Source of the DNA: Acidobacteriota bacterium
Lineage (GTDB): Bacteria; Acidobacteriota; UBA890; WLXD01
Assembly: GCA_965248695.1 (NCBI GenBank)
Contig: CBDFKD010000002.1
Location: 5,120,001-5,184,000 of the forward strand
Length of the DNA: 64,000 nt
Direction: 5' to 3'
Positions 20,347-29,450 of the stretch are shown here, piece by piece; the first letter of the stretch is position 1; each line of letters opens with the position of its first letter. Under the pieces are notes generated by a model. It was not told the origin of the DNA. It searched no databases and saw only the letters and a list, made by a program, of their open reading frames with translations. Made by a program: the position numbers and the translations under genes.

Positions 20347-21597
20347 ATGAGTGAGTCGGCGGTAGCAGCCACCCCCGTCGCCCGCGGTGAGCGCATCGTC
20401 GCCATCGATGTGCTGCGGGGCTTCGCGATCCTGGGCATCCTGATCATCAACATCCAGAGCTTCGCGATGGTCGATGCGTCGTACCTGAACCCGGCGGCCA
20501 CCTGGCCGGCCGGCGAGCTGACGGGCGCCAACCTGTGGTTATGGGCCGTCAGCTACCTGTTCGGCGACCAGAAGTTCATGACGATCTTCTCGATGCTCTT
20601 CGGCGCGGGCATCGTGCTCATGAGCGGGCGCGCCGAGGCCAAGGGCATCCGGGCCGTCGGCCTGCACTACCGGCGGCAGTTCTGGCTGCTGCTCATCGGC
20701 ATGGGGCACGCCTACCTGCTCTGGTCGGGCGACATCCTGGTGACCTACGCGCTGTGCGCGCTCCTTCTCTATTGGCTCCGCAACCTCTCGCCGCGGACGC
20801 TGATCGCGCTCGGCGTCGTCGTCGTCAGCGTCTCATCGATGCTCTCGTTCAGCGCCCAGTTCTCGATGCCGTATTGGGGCGAGGAGCAGATCGAGGATGG
20901 CCGGCTCGGTTGGGCGCCACCGCCCGAGGAGCTTCAGGCCGGCGTCGACGCCTATCGCGGCGGCTGGTGGGAGCAGATGCCGCAGCGCGCCGCCACCGCG
21001 CTAGCGATCCAGACCTTCATCTTCTTGGTCTGGTTCGGCTGGCGCGCCGGCGGGCTGATGCTCATCGGCATGGCGCTGTTCAAGCTCGGGGTGCTGACCG
21101 CGGCCCGTGAGGACGCGTTCTATAAGAGGATGCTCCTGTGCCTGCCGGTGGGCCTGGGGATCGTCGCTTACGGGATCTCGCGCAACCTCCAAGAAGGGTT
21201 CGCATTCGAGTACTCGATGTTTCTCGGCGCCCAGTTCAACTACTGGGGGAGCATGCTGGTCAGCCTCGGCTACGTGGCGATCGTGATGCTGGTCTGTCGG
21301 CGCGGCCTGATGACGGGGCTGACCGATCGCCTGGCGGCGTGCGGCCGCATGGCCCTGACCAACTACCTTACCCAGACGATCATCTGTACGCTCATCTTCT
21401 ACGGCCACGGGCTGGGCCTCTACGAGCGCATCCAGCGCCCGGGACAGGTGCTGATCGTCCTCGGCGTCTGGGCGGCGCAGCTCCTGTGGTCGCCCTGGTG
21501 GCTGGCCCGCTACAGCTTCGGCCCGTTCGAATGGGCGTGGCGCTCGCTGACTTACGTACTGCAGCCGCTCCGCCGCGCTGCCGAGCTGCGCGGTTAG
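20347..21597 (+). CDS. DUF418 (YeiB-like) membrane protein
   Basis: RIVAIDVLRGFAILGIL, KFMTIFSMLFGAG, WSGDIL, GRMALTNYLTQT, GPFEWAWR. Confidence 0.92.
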   Translation: MSESAVAATPVARGERIVAIDVLRGFAILGILIINIQSFAMVDASYLNPAATWPAGELTGANLWLWAVSYLFGDQKFMTIFSMLFGAGIVLMSGRAEAKGIRAVGLHYRRQFWLLLIGMGHAYLLWSGDILVTYALCALLLYWLRNLSPRTLIALGVVVVSVSSMLSFSAQFSMPYWGEEQIEDGRLGWAPPPEELQAGVDAYRGGWWEQMPQRAATALAIQTFIFLVWFGWRAGGLMLIGMALFKLGVLTAAREDAFYKRMLLCLPVGLGIVAYGISRNLQEGFAFEYSMFLGAQFNYWGSMLVSLGYVAIVMLVCRRGLMTGLTDRLAACGRMALTNYLTQTIICTLIFYGHGLGLYERIQRPGQVLIVLGVWAAQLLWSPWWLARYSFGPFEWAWRSLTYVLQPLRRAAELRG

Positions 21598-21725
21598 CTT
21601 GGCTGCTGTCCTGTTCGCCGTACCGCTCCGAGATGGGGCCATCGGCCTCTAGAAACCGCCTTGGAGCCCCCCCGGCCTCCAGCAATTTCATTGGCCTTAC
21701 CTCTGGAACCCTGCCTATCGCGGGT

Positions 21726-22344
21726 TCACAACGGTTTCGTCATTCGATAGAACTTCAATCCCGGTATGGGCAAGCGCTTTGGCCACTGCGAGTCGACGGT
21801 CATCCCGCGGCGCTCGTAAAATCGGCGAGCTCCCTCATTCTTGGCTGAGACGTCGAGGGATATTCGAGTCGATCCACTTGCACGAGCTCGCTCTTCAAAG
21901 GAGTCCATCAAAACGGAGCCAACGCCATCGCCGCGAAGTTCCTTGTCAACGGCGATGAACTGGAGGTAGAAATCGCCATCGGCGATTGAGTCGGTAATTC
22001 GGATGAGTGGAGCCAACAGTATTAGCACAACCCTCATCCGTAGATTGCGCCTGCCCGCAGCCTGCTTCAGGGGTTGGGGCGAGGAACGGCGATGCTGCTC
22101 GGCGGTGTGGCCCGAGACCATTCCCACAATAGCGTTGTCACATTCTGAGAAGGTTACGTTTTGGTACGAGAGGTTGTGGTCGGGCTGGGCGAACGCTGTG
22201 GCGATTATGTGCGCGACGCGGGGACCGAGCATGAAGCGGACGCGGGGAGAAACCCTCAGCTGCTTCATCGACGTAGTGGGCAAATGCCAGACCCTCTTCG
22301 AACGTGGGGTTGGCGGCCCGAAGGGTTACCGAATGCTGATCCAT
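21726..22344 (-). pseudogene. frameshifted GNAT N-acetyltransferase
   Basis: N-part MDQHSVTLRAA...DEAAEGF and C-part RFMLGPRVA...FIAVDKELRGDGVGS...NEGARRFYERRG lie in different frames; break at about 22239-22248. Confidence 0.75.
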
Positions 22345-22612
22345 GATGATCATTAGCACCTTAGTGTGCGCCCGGGCATTGTCAACTTAGCGGAGATCCT
22401 GGCAGAGTGCGGCCACTGCGACCTTCGGTTGTGAGCCCGACGAGCCACCCAACTGCCGAGCGATCGTGGCGCGGATCAGGGCTAGCTCCGCCTCCTAGCG
22501 AGAAGTGGGGTCAAATCCTGCCCCGCTATTCCAGAAAGCCCCGGTGGCGCAGCGTTCTCCACGATGACCGTCGAGATCGAGTACAAGCCGAAGGGGACGG
22601 ACGGAGCGAACG

Positions 22613-23815
22613 TCAGCGCGCCGAGGCCACCTGGAGCGCGGGTTCGACAGTCGGTGGAACCGAGAAGATGAATAGGCCGCGGGATTGATCGGAAAGCAGG
22701 ATCTGGCCGGGGCCTAGCAGCGAATAGATTCCCCAGGCGCCCCTGAACCGCCTGCCACCACCGCCGTAGGTGTCGTAGTCGCCGGCGAAGCTGAGCTTGC
22801 CGGTGACAGGATTGATGTCATAGACGCGGAGACCCGCCTCGTACCAGGAGTTGTAAAGCCGGTATCCGACAATCATCTGATTGTGCACGCTGCTTGTACG
22901 ACGCACTTTGAGGGAATCCGTCCGCGTCAGCGACACCGAGTCGCCGGTGTCCGTGATCCTGTAGACGGTGATTCCGCCGCCGCGGCGCTCCTCGCCGGTA
23001 ACAACGTACTTGCCATCGGCCGTTGGCCAGGCCGAATGAGTGTTGTTGCCCGGTGTCGATCCCAGGAAGGAAGGCGGAGCGTTGGCCACGTCGCTGACGT
23101 CGTAGATCCATAGTCCACCGTCCCAAGCCGAAGCGTATAGGCGGCCGTCCTGGACCGTGATGTCGTGTACGTTGTCACCGCCGACGTCGGTTATGGTCCA
23201 CTTGTCAGAGCTGATTGTCGCGGGCGCATTGTTGGGATCGAACGCGGTGAGATCGACAATGCTGATGCGATCGCGGTCGGTGTCGCACTGGTACAGGAAG
23301 CCGGCGTCATAGAAGACGTTGTGAACTCCCAGCTCATCGAGCGTCGTTACCCTGGTCAGCAGCTCGGGATTGCTCGGATCACGAACGTCGACGATGAGGG
23401 TTCCGGGCGTGTTTCCGTCGGTGAACTCCTCGACCCCGACGAACATCAGGCCGTTGGCGGCCTTGACGTCCTGGGGGGAGTCTCTGTGGGCCCCCTCATC
23501 CCTGGACTGTGTGCCGGAACGGAGCTTCGACAACCGAGCAGTCGCTTTTCTCCGCGGGGGCCCGAAGCGGAACTCGGACAAGAGCTCGGGGGCTGTAGGA
23601 TCCGAAATATCGACGAGGCTTACCGCCTCATCGCCGTAGTGCCCGACGAAAGCCACGGTACCCTCCGCCCAGACGTCGGCGTACTTCCCGTCAAAACCGT
23701 CCCATCGTCCGACCAGCGCTACCGCCGGATCGTTGCCCGCCGCGGCCGGGGCCGCCGCGATCACCGTGATCGCCGCAATGGCGGCGAGTGGCATGCCACG
23801 TCGCTCTGCTGTCAT
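22613..23815 (-). CDS. secreted LVIVD-repeat (choice-of-anchor-B-like) beta-propeller protein
   Basis: Signal peptide; repeats LVDISDP, IVDVRDP, IYDVSD; VHN/VHD/THS His motifs; GAWGIY. Confidence 0.8.
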   Translation of the reverse strand: MTAERRGMPLAAIAAITVIAAAPAAAGNDPAVALVGRWDGFDGKYADVWAEGTVAFVGHYGDEAVSLVDISDPTAPELLSEFRFGPPRRKATARLSKLRSGTQSRDEGAHRDSPQDVKAANGLMFVGVEEFTDGNTPGTLIVDVRDPSNPELLTRVTTLDELGVHNVFYDAGFLYQCDTDRDRISIVDLTAFDPNNAPATISSDKWTITDVGGDNVHDITVQDGRLYASAWDGGLWIYDVSDVANAPPSFLGSTPGNNTHSAWPTADGKYVVTGEERRGGGITVYRITDTGDSVSLTRTDSLKVRRTSSVHNQMIVGYRLYNSWYEAGLRVYDINPVTGKLSFAGDYDTYGGGGRRFRGAWGIYSLLGPGQILLSDQSRGLFIFSVPPTVEPALQVASAR

Positions 23816-24025
23816 CTCACGCCTCTCTCAGGGGTATCGATCCGAGCAAACTCGATCTTCGGCCGAGCGACCGCGACCGACCGTCGCTATTACAAGCGTG
23901 AGATGTCGTCGATTAGGCTCACCGGGAGCGACGGCGTTGGCGAGCGATCTTGCGGTGGTTTCGTGAGAAGGTCACGCTGGACGCTGGCCTGCTCCGTGAA
24001 CCAGAAGAGCTAAGAACACCACGAG

Positions 24026-25459
24026 ATGAACAGATCCCGCAGAGCATGCCTGAAGCTCACCGCCGTAGGAGCCGTGGGCCTGCCGCCAACTGCACGATCC
24101 TCCAGCGCATTTGCCCAAACTACTCCGGCCGATACAACGATGCGGTTCCTTGCCGCTGCGGGGCGGGGAGACCTAGACACGGTCAAGCGGTTGCTGGCGT
24201 TCCACCCCCTTCTACTAGGAGCCAGGGACGGTGAGGGACGCAGTGTGTACGCCCTAGCTCTACTTGGCGGCCATCAGAGTGTGGGCAACTATCTGCATGC
24301 TCAGGGCTATCTCGCCGATGTGCACGAGGCAGCTCTCGCCCAGGATTGGGAGCGATTCGACGCGCTGACGACGGATGACGTCTCGGCGGTCAATCGCGAT
24401 CATCCCATCGGGGGTACCGCAATGTACGCCGCGGCCACGAGCGGCGCAGGCCTCGACATGTGGCGGGTCTATGCGGTAACCGGTGATCCTAGTGCCGTTC
24501 CCAGTGGCACACACGGCGCTTCACCACTGCAAGCAGCACTGCGCTACCGAGACCTGCCCGCGGCGGAGATGACGGCAGCTACCCTTCTGGGGAACGACGC
24601 CGATCCCAACCCGCCGAGCAACGCCGATGACCCCCCTCTTCACATCGCGGCCGCTCGCGGCTCGGAGGTGATGGTCGAGATGTTGATCCGTCGAGGCGCG
24701 GCACTGGGCGCGAAGAATCGGAAGGGTCAGACTCTTGGTCAGGTTGCAGAGCTAGCCGGGAACGCGCAAGTCGCTGCGTTGCTCGCCCGACACGCCGAGA
24801 TCCCCCGCACGCACTCGACTTCACGAAGCGCTTTTGATGCGATGGGCCGCGCCTACAGGCCACCTGACATCAGCAACATCCCGCTGGTCGAGCGGCGGCG
24901 TTTCGTGGGTCAGTCTCACGGCAACCTGGAGTACGTCAAGAAGGCCGTCGCAGCGGAACCGCGAATGGTGCACTCGGTGGCTACTACAAGCGAGATTTGT
25001 GTCGAAGCGTGCGCCCATACGGGGCGCAAGGCCGTAGCAGACTTCTTGCTGGAGCACGGCTCTGCGTATTCTCTACCCACCGCCGTGATGAGGGACGACA
25101 AGCCGCGAGTCGAACGACTGCTCGACGAAGATCCGCTGCGTATCTACGAGCGCGGCGCACATGACTTCGCGTTGCTTTGGTACCCGATCATCGGCAAATG
25201 CGATCTGGAAATGATGGAGCTGCTGCTGGAGCGCGGAGCTGACGTGGAGCAACAGCACTTCCTTGGGACAACGGCGCTGCACTGGGCCAGCATTCGGGGT
25301 CCTATCGAGCTGGTCGACTTGCTCATTGCGAACGGAGGCGATGTGAATCGGAAAGGGCGAAAGTTCGATGCGGCGGGAGAGACACCGCTTGAGGCCGCAA
25401 TGGCCCACGACAATCAGGAGATCGCCCAACTGTTGAGACAGCGAGGCGCTAGGGCTTGA
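24026..25459 (+). CDS. ankyrin-repeat protein with Tat-like leader
   Basis: MNRSRRACLKLTAVGAVG; ankyrin motifs PPLHIAAARG, TALHWASIRG, TPLEAAM. Confidence 0.82.
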   Translation: MNRSRRACLKLTAVGAVGLPPTARSSSAFAQTTPADTTMRFLAAAGRGDLDTVKRLLAFHPLLLGARDGEGRSVYALALLGGHQSVGNYLHAQGYLADVHEAALAQDWERFDALTTDDVSAVNRDHPIGGTAMYAAATSGAGLDMWRVYAVTGDPSAVPSGTHGASPLQAALRYRDLPAAEMTAATLLGNDADPNPPSNADDPPLHIAAARGSEVMVEMLIRRGAALGAKNRKGQTLGQVAELAGNAQVAALLARHAEIPRTHSTSRSAFDAMGRAYRPPDISNIPLVERRRFVGQSHGNLEYVKKAVAAEPRMVHSVATTSEICVEACAHTGRKAVADFLLEHGSAYSLPTAVMRDDKPRVERLLDEDPLRIYERGAHDFALLWYPIIGKCDLEMMELLLERGADVEQQHFLGTTALHWASIRGPIELVDLLIANGGDVNRKGRKFDAAGETPLEAAMAHDNQEIAQLLRQRGARA

Positions 25460-25621
25460 GGAGCTGCTGGCGTACTTGGGGCGAACCTCATCTCGGTGAC
25501 CATCTGGCCCTGAAGGCGTCATCGACGGTCGACTGGGCCGGCCATCAGAAGAAGATGGCGTCAAGGGACCGCAGCGATCCATAGCGATCTTGACTCCGGT
25601 CGCATACGCCGCCGCGTTCCG

Positions 25622-26923
25622 TCAGCCCATCTGTCGCGGCAACCAGAGCGCCAGCTCCGGGAAGGCGATCAACAGGGCCAGGACCACCAGGACGCCGGCC
25701 ACGAAGGGGGCGACGCCGAGGAAGATCTCGCCCATCGGGACCTCGGGCGCCACGCGTCGCATGACGAAGACGTTGGCGCCGATCGGCGGTGTCACCAGGG
25801 CGAGCTCCGCCATGATCACCGCGAAGACGCCGAACCAAATGAGGTCGATCCCGAGCTCCTCGATCACCGGCACCACGAACGGGATGGTCAGCACCAGCAT
25901 GCCGAAAACGTCGAGCATAGCGCCAAGGATCAGGAACAACACGACCAGCAAGAGCAGGAACGAGACACGCCCGAGCTCCATGCTGACAAGGAAATTGACA
26001 ATGTCCTGGGTCAGTCCGGTGACGGCCAGGAAGCGCGCCATCAGGTAGCCGCCCATGATGATGGCGAAGATCATCGAGGCGATGAGGGCGGTACTGCGGA
26101 GGCCGCGCGAAATCGCTTCGACGTTTAGCTTGCGGAGCAATCCGGCGGCGACGATCACCCCGGTGCAGCCGATGCCGGCGGCCTCGGTCGGCGTGAAGAT
26201 TCCGGCGTAGATTCCGCCGATGACCAGAAAGAAGAGGCTGCCGATAGGCGCCAGGCGGCTGACGGCGCCTAGCCGCTCGGACCAGGTCGAGGGTGGGCCC
26301 TTGGGTCCGAGCTCGGGCCGCAGCAGGCAGCGGACCAGAATGATCGCCGAGAAGGTCAGCGCGGTGAGGATTCCTGGAACGATGCCGGCGACGAACAGGC
26401 CGCCGATCGAGGTCTCGGTCATCACCCCGTAGAAGATGAAGATGACGCTCGGAGGAATGAGGATTCCGAGCGTCCCTGATGCAGCCAGTGCGCCGGTCGC
26501 CAGGCGGGCGTTGTAGCCGTGGCGCCTCATCTCAGGCATGACGATCGACCCCATGGTAGCGACCGTGGCGATGCTCGAACCGGTTACCGCGCCGAAGCCG
26601 GCGCAGGCGAGAACGGAGGTAATCGCCAGGCCGCCAGGCACCCGGCCAATCCACTTCTGCACGCCGTCGTAGAGATCGGCGGCGAGGCCGGTATGGAACA
26701 CCAGCTGCCCCATGAGCACGAACAGCGGGATCGTCACGATCACGAAGCTGCGGCCCTCGTCCCACGGGATCAAAGCGACGTGCGCGATGGTGGCGGAGGC
26801 GCCCTCGAGCACCCAGAGCCCGACGACCCCGGTCACCGCCATGGCCAGCGCAATCGGTACTCCTACGATTAGCAGCACCAGCAGAAGCGCGACCCCGAGT
26901 AGACCGACGATCGTTACATCCAA
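25622..26923 (-). CDS. dctM: TRAP transporter large permease
   Basis: IPLFVLMG, GAVTGSSIAT, GTLGILIPPS, IFTPTEAA, TPPIGANVF. Confidence 0.93.
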   Translation of the reverse strand: MDVTIVGLLGVALLLVLLIVGVPIALAMAVTGVVGLWVLEGASATIAHVALIPWDEGRSFVIVTIPLFVLMGQLVFHTGLAADLYDGVQKWIGRVPGGLAITSVLACAGFGAVTGSSIATVATMGSIVMPEMRRHGYNARLATGALAASGTLGILIPPSVIFIFYGVMTETSIGGLFVAGIVPGILTALTFSAIILVRCLLRPELGPKGPPSTWSERLGAVSRLAPIGSLFFLVIGGIYAGIFTPTEAAGIGCTGVIVAAGLLRKLNVEAISRGLRSTALIASMIFAIIMGGYLMARFLAVTGLTQDIVNFLVSMELGRVSFLLLLVVLFLILGAMLDVFGMLVLTIPFVVPVIEELGIDLIWFGVFAVIMAELALVTPPIGANVFVMRRVAPEVPMGEIFLGVAPFVAGVLVVLALLIAFPELALWLPRQMG

Positions 26924-27420
26924 TCGCTCTCGGCCTCCCCGTCCGCCGGTTCGCCCTCAGGGTTGGACAGCAGCCGCGCCACGAACACGAGGCTGGAGAC
27001 GCCCATGAACGCCATGAAGGGCCACAAAGGCAACATCAGGTCTTCACCGGTTTCCCAGGTGATTGCCATGTAGGGCACGAAGCGAATGCTCTGTGCGGTC
27101 AGCGCCCCGAATACGATGATCCCGGAGAGGGCAGACAGCAGATCGGCCAGCTGTCTCCGGCGTCCCGTGAGCCGTGCGTGAACCAGCTCCATGCGGATGT
27201 GGAAGCCGCGGTCCCAGGCGTGTGGCAGCGCTCCGAACAGCGAGATCAGCAGCAGGATCCCGTTGGCGTCGCGGCTCCAACGCAGTGGGGCGTTGAACAG
27301 GTAGCGCAGCATCACGTCGACGGTGACCAGGACAACCAACGCCGGCAGGCCGCCGTAGACACCGATCCGGTAGAGCCAGATCGAGGCGAGGGCCGACCAG
27401 CGGTCCGTCAGCGCCAGCAT
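26914..27420 (-). CDS. dctQ: TRAP transporter small permease
   Basis: Four TM helices, DVMLRYLFNAPLRWS, GFHIRMEL; lies between dctP and dctM. Confidence 0.88.
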   Translation of the reverse strand: MLALTDRWSALASIWLYRIGVYGGLPALVVLVTVDVMLRYLFNAPLRWSRDANGILLLISLFGALPHAWDRGFHIRMELVHARLTGRRRQLADLLSALSGIIVFGALTAQSIRFVPYMAITWETGEDLMLPLWPFMAFMGVSSLVFVARLLSNPEGEPADGEAESDWM

Positions 27421-27441
27421 GAGCAACCTCCGTCGCCGCGA

Positions 27442-28599
27442 TCAGAAGTCAATGATCCCCTCGACGGGATGGTCGGTGACCCGCTGCAGAATCTCGGCGT
27501 CGGTCAGGTGAGCGTACTGCGCCGCCACCTGCTCCAGATCGTCAACGACCGCGCGTGCCGGCAATCCCAGTGCCTCGTTCTCGGCGATGAAGCGCTCCTT
27601 GAGTGGCACCAGGCGCTGTCGCCAGCGCTGCGTCTCCTCTTCGCCCAGATCGATCAATTCCACCCCGGCGTCGAGGATCGTCGCCATCGCACGGTCGGCG
27701 CGCGGCCCCGAGTAGTAGTTCTGCGAGGCCATCTGACTGCGGATTCGCAGCAGGCGGTAGAAGTCGCCTTTGACGTCGTCCGGAAGGGCGTCAAAGGTGG
27801 TGCGGTTGAGGCAGTACTGCAGCGCCAGCATGTTGACGTCGACGCGGGTGAAGGCGTTGCCGATCTCGTAGAGGCGATAGGTCGCCATGTCGGGAGCACC
27901 GAGGGCGACAGCATCCAGGATGCCGCGCTGGAATGCAGTGTAGGTTTCGCCGGCGGCCATCACGACAGGCACCACTCCGAGCTCCTCGAAGATCTGTGCC
28001 GTCAGGCCGCCGGTGACGCGCATCTTGATGCCCTGCATGTCCTCGAGGCGGCGGATCGGTCGTCTGGAGATGATGTTGTAGGGGCTGGTGGTGTCGTAGT
28101 GCGCCAGATACACCCCCATGCGCTCGTACTCGGCCTTGAAGTGCTTCGGGTAGAGCTCTTCGGACACCAGCGATCCGACCGGGGGACTGCTGAACAGGAA
28201 CGGCAGCTGTAAGGCGTGCAGCAGCTGGAAGCTGCCGGGCTGATACCCGGCGTAGCCGTGGGTGTAGTCGGAGATGCCGGTCACCGCGGCCTTGAAGCCA
28301 TCGAGCGGACCGTGGAGAAGCTTGTCCATGTACTCCTGCAGGCGGAGCCGATCGCCCATCTCGTCCGCAACCAGCTTCTGGAAGGGGATGAAGCCCTCCG
28401 TGTACAAGCCGTGCGAGCGTGGAACATGCGACGTGTAGCGGATCGTGAACGGCGCTTCCGCGCTGCTTCGCTGGCCACGCAGGAATGGCGCGGCGACCGC
28501 TACGCCGGCGGCTGACATCAGGAGCTTTCGGCGCGTCCAATCCGAATCTACGGACGGCTCCTCAGCCGTCTGCGCCTGGCTCGTCGGGTCATCGTGCAT
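27442..28599 (-). CDS. dctP: TRAP solute-binding protein with Tat-like leader
   Basis: WTRRKLLMSAAG leader; LQLPFLF, PIRRLEDMQGIKMRV, GETYTAFQRGILD. Confidence 0.88.
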   Translation of the reverse strand: MHDDPTSQAQTAEEPSVDSDWTRRKLLMSAAGVAVAAPFLRGQRSSAEAPFTIRYTSHVPRSHGLYTEGFIPFQKLVADEMGDRLRLQEYMDKLLHGPLDGFKAAVTGISDYTHGYAGYQPGSFQLLHALQLPFLFSSPPVGSLVSEELYPKHFKAEYERMGVYLAHYDTTSPYNIISRRPIRRLEDMQGIKMRVTGGLTAQIFEELGVVPVVMAAGETYTAFQRGILDAVALGAPDMATYRLYEIGNAFTRVDVNMLALQYCLNRTTFDALPDDVKGDFYRLLRIRSQMASQNYYSGPRADRAMATILDAGVELIDLGEEETQRWRQRLVPLKERFIAENEALGLPARAVVDDLEQVAAQYAHLTDAEILQRVTDHPVEGIIDF

Positions 28600-28663
28600 G
28601 GCGGGCAACGTTCGCACCGATCGGGCGGCGCTGTCAAAGGGCTGGATACCAGCGCTGAGTCCT

Positions 28664-29428
28664 CTACTCGTGTTTCCACTGACTGCAGAAGCCACCGGTA
28701 GTCTCTGCACCGTCCATCACGTAAACGTGGCCGGTGGCGAACGCGGCATCGTCGGAGGCGAGGAAAGCGAACAGCGCCGCGATCTCCTCGGGCTTCGCGT
28801 GCCGGCCTAGGGGAATCTTGCGGTTCACCGCGTCGAGCATGGCGTCGCTGTACTCTGCGCGCTGCATCGGCGTCAGCACGTAGCCCGGCGATATGGCGCT
28901 GACGCGAACGGTCGGCGCGAGCTCGAGCGCCATCGACTGAGTCAGCGCGATCACCCCGCCCTTGCTGGCGTTGTAGTCGGCGTAGTGGGGGTAGCCGGTG
29001 CTACCACCGGTGGAAGCCGTGTTGACGATCACGCCTGCGCCGCGCTCCATCATGTGACGGGCAGCCGTTTGCGCCACCAAGAACACGCCCTTCAGGTTCA
29101 CGCCCAGTACCTCGTCCCACTCCTCGGGGGTGATGTCGAGGAAATCGTGCCGGATGCTGATGCCGGCGTTGTTGATCAGGACGTCCACCGACCCCATACG
29201 CTCGATCGCCTGCTCGAACGCCGCCTCCACCTGCTCCAGCTTGGAGACGTCAGCGTCTATCACCCCCGAGAGCGCAGGTAGCTCCGTGGCGACGCGATCC
29301 CGTGCCTCGGCGCTTCGATCGAGCACGCAAACGTTGCAACCCTCTTCCAGAAACCGGGTGGCGGTGGCCTGGCCGATGCCGCTCGCCCCACCGGTCACCA
29401 CAATGTTCTTGCCCTTCAACCCTCTCAT
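28664..29428 (-). CDS. short-chain dehydrogenase/reductase
   Basis: TGGASGIG, NNAG, YNASK (YxxxK). Confidence 0.93.
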   Translation of the reverse strand: MRGLKGKNIVVTGGASGIGQATATRFLEEGCNVCVLDRSAEARDRVATELPALSGVIDADVSKLEQVEAAFEQAIERMGSVDVLINNAGISIRHDFLDITPEEWDEVLGVNLKGVFLVAQTAARHMMERGAGVIVNTASTGGSTGYPHYADYNASKGGVIALTQSMALELAPTVRVSAISPGYVLTPMQRAEYSDAMLDAVNRKIPLGRHAKPEEIAALFAFLASDDAAFATGHVYVMDGAETTGGFCSQWKHE

Positions 29429-29450
29429 CGAGCGCTCTCCTGTCGACGGT

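Noticed and set aside
22365-22400. GTGCGCCCGGGCAT resembling a group II intron 5' end or an IS end
   Set aside because: No domain V, RT ORF or partner inverted repeat found; too short to support.
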